A stretch of DNA of 31,988 nucleotides from the NCBI GenBank assembly GCA_050124735.1, contig JASFEQ010000005.1:1-31988 (forward strand), written 5' to 3'. This document shows, one piece after another, positions 8,505-18,108 of this stretch. This DNA is from Desulfobacteraceae bacterium. GTDB taxonomy: Bacteria; Desulfobacterota; DSM-4660; Desulfatiglandales; HGW-15. How positions within the stretch are numbered: the first letter of the stretch is position 1; every line of letters starts with the position of its first letter. The position numbers and the translations under genes were made by a program. Under the pieces are notes generated by a model, which was not told the origin of the DNA, made no database searches, and saw only the letters and a list, made by a program, of their open reading frames with translations.

Positions 8505-9974
8505 ATGAATTTGGTGATCGACCTGATTATCATCGTTGCATATTTCGGCATCATGCTTCTTGTGGGCTGGCGGAGCCGGCTTCAGTCAGCTGAGTGCTAC
8601 TGGGTGGCTGAGCGTAGGTACCCAACGGCAAGGATAACCCTATCTCTTGTGGCGACCATCTTTGGAGCCTCTTCTACCATGGGAATCATTGGCCTGGGCT
8701 ATTCACGTGGCCTGACCGGTGCCTGGTGGTCCCTGGTGGGAGGCATCGCCTTGATCCCCTTTGCCCTCATTTTGGCTTCCCGCGTTCGCAACCTGGAGGT
8801 CTATACGCTGCCTGACATCCTGAAAAACGCCTATGGCGAAAGGGTTGCAATGCCTGCAGGACTCATGATTGCAGTTGCCTGGTGCGGCGTCATTTCAGCC
8901 CAGTTAATTGCAGCGGGCAGACTCTTGGAGGGTCTCTTCTCTCTGGATTCCCAACTCGCCCTGGCCATGGTGGCCATTGTCTTCATCCTTTATACGTATT
9001 GGGGCGGGCAGCTTTCGGTCATTAGGACCGATTTTTGGCAGTTCCTTCTCTTTATGGGGGGATTTCTTATTGCCCTGATATTCTTGGTGACGTCACAGGG
9101 AGCCATATCCACCCTCTGGAAAAACGTTCCGACAGAGCATCTAAGCTTCCCAGTCTCTTCCACTTTTGGTTGGTATGAAGTCCTGGTTTTCTACCCTCTC
9201 ATTGTGGGCCTGCCCTATCTGGTGGGTCCGGACATCTACTCGAGGATCCTGTGTGCCCAAGACGATCAGATCGCCCGCATATCTGCTTTTCAGGCAGCCC
9301 TGATTGTCATACCCCTTTCCTTTCTGCTTGCCTTGTTCGGTTTGGCGGCCAGGGCCCAATTCCCCGGGATTCCCGCTGAGACCGCATTACCCCATACCTT
9401 AAACGTGCTCATACCCATCGGACTTAAAGGCCTGATCGCAGCAGGATTCCTGGGTGCCATTATGTCCTCTGCCGACACCTGCCTTATTTCCGCCTCCACC
9501 ATCATGACCCTAAACGTGATCCATCCATTCCGTAAGGCATCCCAAGAAAGTCATCTAAAAACGACCCGAATCACAGTTCTCGTCGTGGGCTTTATCGCGT
9601 GGCTCATCGCCAGTCAGCAGAAAGGAATCATCTCTTCGCTCCTCTTGGGCTACACGGTCTTTGTGGGTGGGGTTGTGATACCGACCCTTGCCACATTTGT
9701 TCGCGAACGCTTCAGAATTACATCACAAGGTGCGCTTTGGGCGGTTATCCTGGGGGGTGGCTCTGCTATTTTGGGAAAGCTGAAGGGGGGAGCGATCATG
9801 AAAGGCATACTGACGAGTCATGGTCAGGAATTTTTCGAGATGGTCCTGGGTAGTCATTACCTGAGCATTTTACCCATAGTAGTCTCGCTCTTGGTTATAG
9901 TAGGTGTAAGTCGAATGACGAGACGAAACAGGGGGGAGGAATCTACGGCAAACGGTCCTCTCGACGCCTTCTGA
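8505..9974 (+). CDS. Sodium:solute symporter family (SSF) transporter
   Basis: 489 aa with about 13 TM segments. The N-terminus 'IIVAYFGIMLLVGWRS' and Gly/Ala-rich helices are typical of the SSF family. Substrate is unknown. Confidence 0.75.
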   Translation: MNLVIDLIIIVAYFGIMLLVGWRSRLQSAECYWVAERRYPTARITLSLVATIFGASSTMGIIGLGYSRGLTGAWWSLVGGIALIPFALILASRVRNLEVYTLPDILKNAYGERVAMPAGLMIAVAWCGVISAQLIAAGRLLEGLFSLDSQLALAMVAIVFILYTYWGGQLSVIRTDFWQFLLFMGGFLIALIFLVTSQGAISTLWKNVPTEHLSFPVSSTFGWYEVLVFYPLIVGLPYLVGPDIYSRILCAQDDQIARISAFQAALIVIPLSFLLALFGLAARAQFPGIPAETALPHTLNVLIPIGLKGLIAAGFLGAIMSSADTCLISASTIMTLNVIHPFRKASQESHLKTTRITVLVVGFIAWLIASQQKGIISSLLLGYTVFVGGVVIPTLATFVRERFRITSQGALWAVILGGGSAILGKLKGGAIMKGILTSHGQEFFEMVLGSHYLSILPIVVSLLVIVGVSRMTRRNRGEESTANGPLDAF

Positions 9975-11121
9975 AAGTCCTTCGATTCCCTTCTGGAGGG
10001 GTTCTATCCCGGCCCTTAAGCATCAGGACAACAATCAGCGCGATAATGAGTGCAGCCTGGAACAGACCGAGGACGGCTTCGATAAACCTTTGGTTCATTA
10101 TGATAAGGGCACTAAATCCCAGGCAGGTGGACATGGTGAGGATCATAAAGACCGTTTCCTTCCGGGCAAACCCCATAAAGAGCAGCCGATGATGCAAGTG
10201 ATCTTTGTTGACACAGGTTAATAGTTCAAGAAAGTTTTTGGCTTGGCCGTTCTTAAGCCGTGACAGGTTCACATAGATCATATCAAAGATGAGAATACCA
10301 AATATGAGGATCGGGGCTGCCAAGGAGACGAAGTGGCTGGTATTGGACCATTTTCCCAAGACGGCCAATCCAGCCAACGTAAATCCCAAGAAGGTGCTAC
10401 CCGCATCCCCTAGAAAGAGGAGGCCCGATTCTCCGAATCTGAAGTTGTAGGGGATAAACCCGGCACAGGCTCCCAAAAGGGCAACTGCAAGCCAACCCAG
10501 TGCAGCCTGATCCGTCTTGAACGCGATGAGTCCCAAGAAGAGGGCAGTCACTATACAGATGCCGGATGCCAGGCCGTCAATTCCATCAAAAAAATTCAGT
10601 GCGTTTGTCAACCCCACGATCCAAAGCACTGTTAAGGGAATATTGATAAAAGGGGCCCAAAATTCGTGATAGAAGAAGGTAAGCTGGATATCTCCCCAAA
10701 TGATCACCAAAAGAGAAATCAGGATCTGTAAGATAAACTTGAGAAGGGCAGGCAAGGGGCGGATATCATCCCAGAGGCCCATAGTAAAAATCAGGGTGGC
10801 GCCCAGTAAGAGAATTTTCATTCTGGGAAGAAATACGCCATTTAACAACAAAGAGGCGCAAAAGGCGAGGTAAACGGCCAAACCACCGAGGAGTGGTGTG
10901 GGTCTGTGGTGTATCTTTCTCCAGTCAGGCTTGTCCAAAATATTCAGCTTCAGGGCGAGTGACCGGCAAAAGGGGGTGAAGAAATAGGCCGCTAGGAAGG
11001 AAAAGATGAATATGTACTGCCACCTCAGACCAGAATCAAAGTAAAATCTCCTGACCCAAGGGCAGGATAAAAAAAGGAGGAAAAACGCGATGAGGGCATA
11101 CCAAATGATTCTAGGTCGCAA
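9943..11121 (-). CDS. WecA/MraY-family (GT4-polyprenyl-phosphate) phospho-N-acetylhexosamine-1-phosphate transferase
   Basis: It has 'NALNFFDGIDGLASG', the 'LWDDI' DD motif and 'LGDAGSTFLG'. The track ORF extends to 11253, overlapping the upstream gene by 140 nt. An in-frame TTG at 11121 immediately after that gene's stop is the more likely start. Confidence 0.7.
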   Translation of the reverse strand: MRPRIIWYALIAFFLLFLSCPWVRRFYFDSGLRWQYIFIFSFLAAYFFTPFCRSLALKLNILDKPDWRKIHHRPTPLLGGLAVYLAFCASLLLNGVFLPRMKILLLGATLIFTMGLWDDIRPLPALLKFILQILISLLVIIWGDIQLTFFYHEFWAPFINIPLTVLWIVGLTNALNFFDGIDGLASGICIVTALFLGLIAFKTDQAALGWLAVALLGACAGFIPYNFRFGESGLLFLGDAGSTFLGFTLAGLAVLGKWSNTSHFVSLAAPILIFGILIFDMIYVNLSRLKNGQAKNFLELLTCVNKDHLHHRLLFMGFARKETVFMILTMSTCLGFSALIIMNQRFIEAVLGLFQAALIIALIVVLMLKGRDRTPPEGNRRTFRRRREDRLP

Positions 11122-12292
11122 CTGTAATCCCCTTCCTGGCCAGGAGCTCACGGTACAGCTTTTCAATGGACTGTACCATGACATCGGCACTGAATTGATC
11201 CTTAATTCTCTTCCGCCCTTCTCTTCCCAATTTCCTGGCAAGCCCTTTGTCACTGAGCACTTTTTCTAAAGCGTCAGCCAGCTCCCTTGCATCTCCAGGG
11301 CGTACCAAAAGACCGTTGATGCCTTGATCGATCAGGTCTGGGATGCCTCCCACGCGGCTGGCCACCACAGGTTTTTCCATGGCCATGGCCTCCAGAATGA
11401 CCCTGCCCATGCCCTCAAAAAAGGAGGGCAGCACAGCCACGTCAAAGGTGGCGATGATTTCAGACACATCCATCTGAAAGCCTGTGAACAGCACAGACTC
11501 ACGCAGGCCGTTATTATCTACCATTCTAAATAGTTCATCGTATAGATAGCCTTCACCCACGATAACCAGTTTGGCATCCTTGATTTTCTCCTTCAGCAAC
11601 TTGAAGGCCTCTATGAGAACGGTATGTCCTTTCCCTTCCCAGAGTTTGGACACTATCCCCACAACAGCCTCTTCTTGCTTTAGCGCCCACTTGCTCCTGA
11701 TCCGATCTTTCTCTCCACTTTTCACAGGATGGAATTTATCAACCTGGATGCCACTGTAGATTTTTGCAATCTTCTCCTCACCAACAATGTGATCCTTCAA
11801 GGCCCAGTCAATGAGAGGCTGGGATATAAAGATCATTTTGTCACACCAGTGGGATCCCAACCGTTCCAAATTTCTAAATAGAACCTGCCGCCAACGAGGT
11901 TCTTCATCATGAAAGGCAAAACCATGAACGGTATGGACGATAACAGGGACATCCGCCAATTTGGCAGCCAAGCGGCCCAGGAATCCGGCCTTGGAGTTGT
12001 GGGTGTGCACGATGTGGTAAAAATTCCTCCTGAGAAAAGCGGTCAGATCCAGGAGGGCCAAAGTGTCCTTAAAGGGATGTAAGGGTTGGACCATGTTTTT
12101 GAATGGCCTGACCTCCATATGGTTTTCCTGCACGAATGGGATCAATTTTCCACCAGGTGCACATGCCAGCTCCACCTCATAGAGGTTCCTGTCCATCCCC
12201 TGCATGCTCAGAAAAGTATTGATACCGGATCCGCTTACTATGGGCAGGGTGTGTATGTGAAGAACTTTAATCATGATCATAGGCGGCCTCAT
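11111..12292 (-). CDS. GT4 family (GT-B) glycosyltransferase
   Basis: Has 'EGMGRVILEAMAMEKPVVASRVGGIPDLI' (E-x7-E GT4 motif) and 'VHTHNSKAG'. The start could be M1, M5 or M7 (12292/12280/12274). Confidence 0.8.
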   Translation of the reverse strand: MRPPMIMIKVLHIHTLPIVSGSGINTFLSMQGMDRNLYEVELACAPGGKLIPFVQENHMEVRPFKNMVQPLHPFKDTLALLDLTAFLRRNFYHIVHTHNSKAGFLGRLAAKLADVPVIVHTVHGFAFHDEEPRWRQVLFRNLERLGSHWCDKMIFISQPLIDWALKDHIVGEEKIAKIYSGIQVDKFHPVKSGEKDRIRSKWALKQEEAVVGIVSKLWEGKGHTVLIEAFKLLKEKIKDAKLVIVGEGYLYDELFRMVDNNGLRESVLFTGFQMDVSEIIATFDVAVLPSFFEGMGRVILEAMAMEKPVVASRVGGIPDLIDQGINGLLVRPGDARELADALEKVLSDKGLARKLGREGRKRIKDQFSADVMVQSIEKLYRELLARKGITVAT

Positions 12293-12403
12293 GCCGCTTC
12301 CAAATCCGAAATCCGAATTTCGTGCTTTGGTCGATGATCGTTAGGACGTTCGATCAAATCCAAAGCACTTTGAGCTCACTGTCTATAAACTACCTGCGGT
12401 AGT

Positions 12404-13204
12404 CTAATGGGGTCTTCTCCCTCTCAGGCTGTCGTACGTCTCGGAAATTTTGTGGGCCAACTTGTCTAGGCTATACTCCCGAATATATTTCCAACTCTTC
12501 TTGTCTTTGAAAAAGAGATAGGTTCTGGATACCTTGGTGAGGAAAATATTGAAGTCGTCATCATCAACCTGTATTCTTCCAATGGCGTAAAGGTCTGGTT
12601 TTCTATGGGTGGGACACTCTGTGAGAAAGGCCTCGTATCCCTCAGCTATCAGGAGATCACGAATCGCAGGTTCAGGAACCCCTTCTTTTACGCCGAAGTA
12701 GCGGATCTCTTCTCCCAGCTTGTCTTCCAAAATTTTCTTGTACTCAACGATATGCTCTCTAACCACATCTTCCGGAATATCATTGACATTCCAGGCGGCA
12801 TCTTCATAGGCCCCTATGATTATATCATTTCTTCTGAGTTCTTTCAGGTTGCCCCAGGACAGATAATCGACCTTTGTCGTCCCCATAGTCGTAGATGTTC
12901 CCACTTTTGAAGGAGAAATGAGTATGGTAGCTGGGTATTGCTTTTGGATGAGGATGGGAAAGACGTTTTCATAGAACTCCTGGTATCCATTATCAAAGGT
13001 GAGAGAAATGGGGCGCCCATTTTCCAGGCTCTTCTTCCTTTTCATGTAAAAAATCGCATCATCTATGGAAAGGAGTTGAAAGTTATTTGCGGTCAGATAT
13101 TCTATCTGTTTTTGAAAGGCATCGATGGAGAGCCACAGCCTGTAGGCATCCGGATTCTGACTCACGTTCTGATACTGGATTATGGTAAGTTCTTTTAGCC
13201 TCAT
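12404..13204 (-). CDS. Polysaccharide deacetylase (CE4, NodB homology), cytoplasmic
   Basis: Has 'ISLTFDNGYQEF' (TFDDG-type motif 1). There is no signal peptide. It is the first gene of the glycan operon. Confidence 0.7.
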   Translation of the reverse strand: MRLKELTIIQYQNVSQNPDAYRLWLSIDAFQKQIEYLTANNFQLLSIDDAIFYMKRKKSLENGRPISLTFDNGYQEFYENVFPILIQKQYPATILISPSKVGTSTTMGTTKVDYLSWGNLKELRRNDIIIGAYEDAAWNVNDIPEDVVREHIVEYKKILEDKLGEEIRYFGVKEGVPEPAIRDLLIAEGYEAFLTECPTHRKPDLYAIGRIQVDDDDFNIFLTKVSRTYLFFKDKKSWKYIREYSLDKLAHKISETYDSLRGRRPH

Positions 13205-13606
13205 TCGATGGTTGAGCGGATAATGGGATGTTGATGATTTAAGAATTAATTATTTTAAACCATTTCAACAAAATATTTCAACATAAAGTGCAATATATAA
13301 AAATTAACTAAACAGTAAATGATCATCATATGGAGATTCAGCCCACAAATAGTGCACCGAAATGGATCATTTTGGTTAAGGATTGAAATGATTTCGTGTA
13401 TGAAGACATTCTGTTGGTCTCTGCTATACGAGGGCTCAGAATATGACAAGCCTGGTTGTTGACCGCACAAAGGAATTTATCTATACATTTCTGTATGGCA
13501 AATGGGGATAAAACTACAAAATTGTAGCAAGTCAATTTTGCCCTTTTCATATCGCTATGAACTATAACTATTTGAATATTATATAGAAATCCCTTGTTTG
13601 TCCTTA

Positions 13607-13621
13607 TGGCACTATGATTGC
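13607..13621 (+). promoter_or_regulatory. sigma54 (-24/-12) promoter TGGCAC-N5-TTGC upstream of glnA copy 1
   Basis: Exact GG-N10-GC with a TGGCAC / TTGC consensus match. It lies about 190 nt upstream of the ATG. A GGTGC...GCACC inverted repeat follows in the leader. Confidence 0.55.
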
Positions 13622-13808
13622 TTTAGATGGAAATAAGTAATATGGTGCTATCAAGCATCTCGCAAAGGATAGGGGCACCAAACCTCACATGAGGCATTAA
13701 GTCATTTGGAAAGCGGTGAGGTCGATATAAAGTTTCGGTTTGCCCATATGGGATTTTAGGTGACCACTTCACGCATTAAGATTTTTTGAATTAGAAGGAG
13801 GGAATGAA

Positions 13809-15140
13809 ATGCTAATATGCCAAACACTGGAGGATGTCAGGGAGATCGTAAAGGACAGAGATATCAGTTTTATCCAGTTCTGGTTCACTGATGTCTTGGG
13901 GGTGCTCAAGAGTTTTGCCATAACCCCATCCGAGTTAGAGGAGGGGATGACGGAAGGGATGGGCTTTGACGGATCTTCCATCGAGGGATTCGCCCGGATT
14001 CAAGAAAGCGATATGATCGCCAAACCAGACCCCACCACGTTTCAGTTGGTGCCATGGAGGGTGGGGGATCGCCCCGTGGCCCGCATGTTCTGCGATATTT
14101 TAAACCCTGACGGAACGTCATACGAGGGGGATCCTCGTTACGTGTTTAAGAGACTTCTGAATAAAGTGGCGGAGCAGGGTTACACCTCTTATATGGGGCC
14201 AGAACTGGAATATTTCTATTTCAAGGATCATAAGTACACGGAGATTATAGATGAGGGCGGCTATTTTGATTCCCGTCCCCTTGATCTGGGAAGCGACCTG
14301 AGAAGGGATACCATCTTTGCCCTTCAATCCATGGGGATCGATGTGGAGTATAGCCATCATGAGGTTGCCCCCAGCCAACATGAGATAGATCTGAGGTATG
14401 ATGAAGGTCTCAGGATGGCTGACAAGACGCAGACATACCGCGTGGTGGTCAAGGAGATAGCCCGTAAGCATGGTGTGTATGCCACGTTCATGCCCAAACC
14501 CATCTTTGGGCAGAACGGGAGCGGCATGCATACCCATCAGTCCCTTTTCAAAGGAGATCAGAATGCCTTTTATGATCCTAAAGATAAATACAATCTTTCA
14601 GACATGGCCAAACACTACATCGCCGGGTTGATACATCATGCCCCAGAGATTACCGCAGTAACCAACCAGTGGGTAAATTCTTATAAGAGGTTGGTTCCGG
14701 GTTATGAGGCCCCGGTCTACGTGTCATGGGCCAGAAGAAACAGGTCAACCATGATCAGGGTTCCCATGTACAAACCGGGCAAGGAGAAGGCCACCAGGAT
14801 TGAATTTCGTTCGCCCGATCCTGCATGCAACCCCTATCTAGCCTTTGCTGTCATGCTGGGTGCTGGTTTAAGTGGCATAGAGAAGAAGCTGGAACTGCCG
14901 GATCCCATTGAGGAGGACATCTTTGAGATGAACCCTGCTGAACGAAGGGCACATGGCATTACGGATTTACCAGGCAATCTTTATGCAGCTACACTGGAAA
15001 CAGAGAAGAGCGAATTGGTCAGAGAGGTTCTGGGGGAACATATTTTCAATAAGTTTATTGAAAACAAAAAGATTGAATGGGATTCCTACAGGACCCACGT
15101 GAGCCAATTCGAAATCGACAAGTATCTGCCTGTGTTGTGA
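13809..15140 (+). CDS. glnA: Glutamine synthetase type I-alpha (443 aa, no adenylylation loop insert)
   Basis: Has canonical GS motifs 'DGSSIEGF', 'KPIFGQNGSGMHTHQSL' and 'NRSTMIRVP'. A strong AAGGAGGG SD lies 6 nt upstream. Confidence 0.9.
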   Translation: MLICQTLEDVREIVKDRDISFIQFWFTDVLGVLKSFAITPSELEEGMTEGMGFDGSSIEGFARIQESDMIAKPDPTTFQLVPWRVGDRPVARMFCDILNPDGTSYEGDPRYVFKRLLNKVAEQGYTSYMGPELEYFYFKDHKYTEIIDEGGYFDSRPLDLGSDLRRDTIFALQSMGIDVEYSHHEVAPSQHEIDLRYDEGLRMADKTQTYRVVVKEIARKHGVYATFMPKPIFGQNGSGMHTHQSLFKGDQNAFYDPKDKYNLSDMAKHYIAGLIHHAPEITAVTNQWVNSYKRLVPGYEAPVYVSWARRNRSTMIRVPMYKPGKEKATRIEFRSPDPACNPYLAFAVMLGAGLSGIEKKLELPDPIEEDIFEMNPAERRAHGITDLPGNLYAATLETEKSELVREVLGEHIFNKFIENKKIEWDSYRTHVSQFEIDKYLPVL

Positions 15141-15147
15141 TCAGACA

Positions 15148-15182
15148 CCCTGAACGGACAATCAGGGCTTTCAGGTCTTTTT
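15148..15182 (+). terminator. Candidate intrinsic terminator after glnA (CCCTGA...TCAGGG / CCTGAA...TTCAGG then TCTTTTT)
   Basis: A hairpin with a T-run 8-40 nt after the stop. Confidence 0.4.
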
Positions 15183-15210
15183 CAAACCCTACTCTTGCCT
15201 CCGCCGGCTT

Positions 15211-16662
15211 TTACAAAAAGGCTTTGTGTATTATTTCCCTCACCTTTTTGGCGTTGGCTTTGCCCTCGGTCTTCTTCATCACCTGCCCGATCAAAAAATC
15301 TATCGGATGGGCCATTCCCTCTTTTATTTTCTTCACGGCTTCAGGATTTTCTGACATCACCTCATTCAAGACTCTCTCCAGGCGCTCTTGATCCTGAATG
15401 GGCCTTAAGCCTCTTTTATTTATGATAGACTCAGGATCTTCTCCCGTTTCAAACATAATTTCCAAAACCGTTCTACCGATTTGGTCTGTGATATCGCCCC
15501 TTGAGATCAGATTGATAAGGATGGAAAACTCTTTTGGAGGGACAGCACATTTCTCTATGGTGATGGCGGCATCATTGAGGAGTTTAAAAAGATCCTTGAT
15601 CATCCAGCTACTCAGCCTGACCCTGTCATCACAAAAGGCGGCGCAACGCTCAAAAAAGTCCGACACGTTTCTATCCTTTGTCAAGATAAGGGCGTCTTTC
15701 TTAGAGATTCGGTAATCCTTAATGATACGATTCACCTTTTGATCAGGCAGTTCCGGCATTCCCTCTTGGATCTGTTCAACAAATCCCTGGTCAATCTCGA
15801 ATTCCACCAGATCAGGGTCTGGGAAATATCTGTAATCTGGCGCGTCTTCCTTGCTCCGCATAGATACGGTTATTTTCTTCTCCTCATGGAAAAGCCTGGT
15901 CTCCTGGGAGGGCTCTTTACCGGAGTGGAGAATTTTCAATTGCCTTTTGACCTCATATTGCAGTGCTTCCATGATGAATTTGAAAGAGGCCATATTTTTT
16001 ATTTCGGCGCGATTGCCGTAATCCAGGGCCCCCTCCGGACGAATGGATATATTCACATCACAACGAAACTGGCCCTTCTCTATAATGCAATCACTTATCC
16101 CTATATAGATTAATGTCTGCCTCAGTTTTTCAAGGTAGGCTCGAGCCTCGTTCACCGAGCGTAAAGGGTTACGTTCATGATCGGTAACGATTTCAAGGAG
16201 CGGCACACTGGATCTGTTGTAATCCACAAGACTGTAATCTGATGCCTCAAAGGAACTGGCTGAATGCACCAACTTTCCTGCGTCCTCTTCTAGATGAATT
16301 CGCTTGATTCCCACAGCATAAGGACGGCCCTCATCATTTTGAATTTCCAGGTATCCATTTTCGCAAAAAGGCCGCTCATATTGGGAGATTTGATACCCTT
16401 TGGGAAGATCGGGGTAGAAATAGTTTTTGCGAGCGAACCGAGATCGTCTATTAATCGTGCAATTCATGGCTACACCGGCACGGATGGTATGTTCAACGGC
16501 CCTTTTGTTTAGGACAGGGAGTGCCCCGGGCTGCCCAGTACAGACAGGGCAGATATGCGTGTTTGGAGGTGCTCCATTTTCCACCGCGCAGCCGCAAAAC
16601 AGCTTTGTCTTTGTCTTCAATTCCACATGGGTTTCAAACCCAATGATAATCTCGTAATCCAT
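15211..16662 (-). CDS. gatB: Asp-tRNA(Asn)/Glu-tRNA(Gln) amidotransferase subunit B
   Basis: The N-terminus 'MDYEIIIGFETHVELKTKTKLFCGC' is diagnostic. 483 aa. Confidence 0.9.
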   Translation of the reverse strand: MDYEIIIGFETHVELKTKTKLFCGCAVENGAPPNTHICPVCTGQPGALPVLNKRAVEHTIRAGVAMNCTINRRSRFARKNYFYPDLPKGYQISQYERPFCENGYLEIQNDEGRPYAVGIKRIHLEEDAGKLVHSASSFEASDYSLVDYNRSSVPLLEIVTDHERNPLRSVNEARAYLEKLRQTLIYIGISDCIIEKGQFRCDVNISIRPEGALDYGNRAEIKNMASFKFIMEALQYEVKRQLKILHSGKEPSQETRLFHEEKKITVSMRSKEDAPDYRYFPDPDLVEFEIDQGFVEQIQEGMPELPDQKVNRIIKDYRISKKDALILTKDRNVSDFFERCAAFCDDRVRLSSWMIKDLFKLLNDAAITIEKCAVPPKEFSILINLISRGDITDQIGRTVLEIMFETGEDPESIINKRGLRPIQDQERLERVLNEVMSENPEAVKKIKEGMAHPIDFLIGQVMKKTEGKANAKKVREIIHKAFL

Positions 16663-18105
16663 TTATGCGCGCCCCGCAAACTTCTCATAGGCATATCCCA
16701 CCCTGAGCACCATCTCCTCGTCAAATGGTCTTCCAATAATCTGGAGACCAACGGGCAACCCATCCACCATTCCACAGTTTACGCTCATTCCGGGCAGTCC
16801 GGAAAGGTTCAAAGACACCGTGTAAATGTCCACAAGATACATTTGCAGGGGATCGGCCATCTTTTCCCCCAGTCTAAAAGGCAGACAGGGTGAGACAGGG
16901 GTGATCATACAGTCTACTCTTTTGAAGGCCTGATCAAAATCCTTTTTGATAAGGGCCCTTGCCTCCTGAGCCTTTAAATAATAGGCGTCATAGTAACCCG
17001 CAGAAAGGACATAGGTCCCCAGCATGATCCTCCTCTTCACTTCTGTACCAAATCCCTCGCTCCTCGTCTCCTGATACATGTTCAGCAAGTCAAGGATCTC
17101 TTCACTGGATCTGAAACCATACTTGACGCCGTCATACCTGGCCAGGTTGCTGCTTGCTTCAGCCGTCGCTATGAGATAATAAGCGCTGATTGCGTAACGG
17201 GCGTGGGGTAAGGATATATCAATGATCTCGGCTCCTTTTTCCTTGAACAATTCGACAGCCCGCATAATCTGATCTTTAACATGGGGATCCAGACCTTCAA
17301 TAAAGTACTCCCCTGGAAGACCTATTTTGATACCCTCCACGCCTTGCCTCAGGGAACGCAGGAAGTCAGGCCTTTTGATATCAGCAGAAGTGGTATCCAT
17401 TTTGTCATGTCCGCAGATGACGTTCAGAAGCAACCCGCAATCTTCAACGGTGCGACCAAGGGCCCCTATTTGATCTAACGATGATGCATAGGAAATCAAA
17501 CCGTATCGGGAGACTCTGCCGTACGTGGGTTTTATCCCCGCAACACCGCAATAAGCGGCCGGCAGACGGATAGAGCCCCCGGTATCCGATCCCAAGGCAA
17601 GGACCGTTTCCCCTGAGGCGATTGCGGCCGCAGACCCACCGCTACTACCCCCTGCTACGCGTTCCAGATCCACAGGGTTGTGAGTAGGTCCGAAGGCGCT
17701 ATTTTCGCAGGAGGAGCCCATGGCGAATTCATCCATATTGGTTTTTCCGATGAGCACAGCGCCAGTTTGCAGGACCTTTGCCGCCGCGGTCGCATCATAA
17801 GGAGGGATGTAGTTTTCCAAAATCTTTGATCCACAAGTCGTTGGTATGCCTTGCGTACACATATTGTCTTTGATGGCAATGGGTATCCCGTTCAAAAGAG
17901 AAACCCTCTTATTTTCTCGAAACCTCCTGTCCGCCATGTCGGCCTGTTTCAGGGCTATTTCAGGGGTTACCATAATAAAGGCATGAATAGCGTCCTCTTT
18001 TTCATCAATCCTTTTGAGCACAGACTCCGTGATCTCGTGAGAGCTTACCTCGCCTTTCCGAAGCATTCTTGCCAATTCTGTGGCACTATGATCGCACAAC
18101 TGCAT
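16663..18105 (-). CDS. gatA: Asp-tRNA(Asn)/Glu-tRNA(Gln) amidotransferase subunit A (amidase signature)
   Basis: Has the amidase signature 'GGSSGGSAAAIASG'. 480 aa. It directly abuts gatB. Confidence 0.9.
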   Translation of the reverse strand: MQLCDHSATELARMLRKGEVSSHEITESVLKRIDEKEDAIHAFIMVTPEIALKQADMADRRFRENKRVSLLNGIPIAIKDNMCTQGIPTTCGSKILENYIPPYDATAAAKVLQTGAVLIGKTNMDEFAMGSSCENSAFGPTHNPVDLERVAGGSSGGSAAAIASGETVLALGSDTGGSIRLPAAYCGVAGIKPTYGRVSRYGLISYASSLDQIGALGRTVEDCGLLLNVICGHDKMDTTSADIKRPDFLRSLRQGVEGIKIGLPGEYFIEGLDPHVKDQIMRAVELFKEKGAEIIDISLPHARYAISAYYLIATAEASSNLARYDGVKYGFRSSEEILDLLNMYQETRSEGFGTEVKRRIMLGTYVLSAGYYDAYYLKAQEARALIKKDFDQAFKRVDCMITPVSPCLPFRLGEKMADPLQMYLVDIYTVSLNLSGLPGMSVNCGMVDGLPVGLQIIGRPFDEEMVLRVGYAYEKFAGRA

Positions 18106-18108
18106 GTT

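Noticed and set aside
4266-8593. Many 60-160-aa ORFs antisense to or out of frame within nagZ, the large repeat protein and the SSF gene (for example 4266-4745, 6362-6724, 7156-7548, 8318-8593).
   Set aside because: They are fully embedded in long well-supported CDSs on the opposite strand or frame. They are typical shadow ORFs of GC-balanced coding DNA.
14700-14960. An 'NLY' tripeptide in both GS copies resembling the GSI-beta adenylylation site.
   Set aside because: Both proteins are about 443 aa and lack the GSI-beta insertion. The context matches GSI-alpha (Bacillus-type) C-termini, so the match is coincidental.
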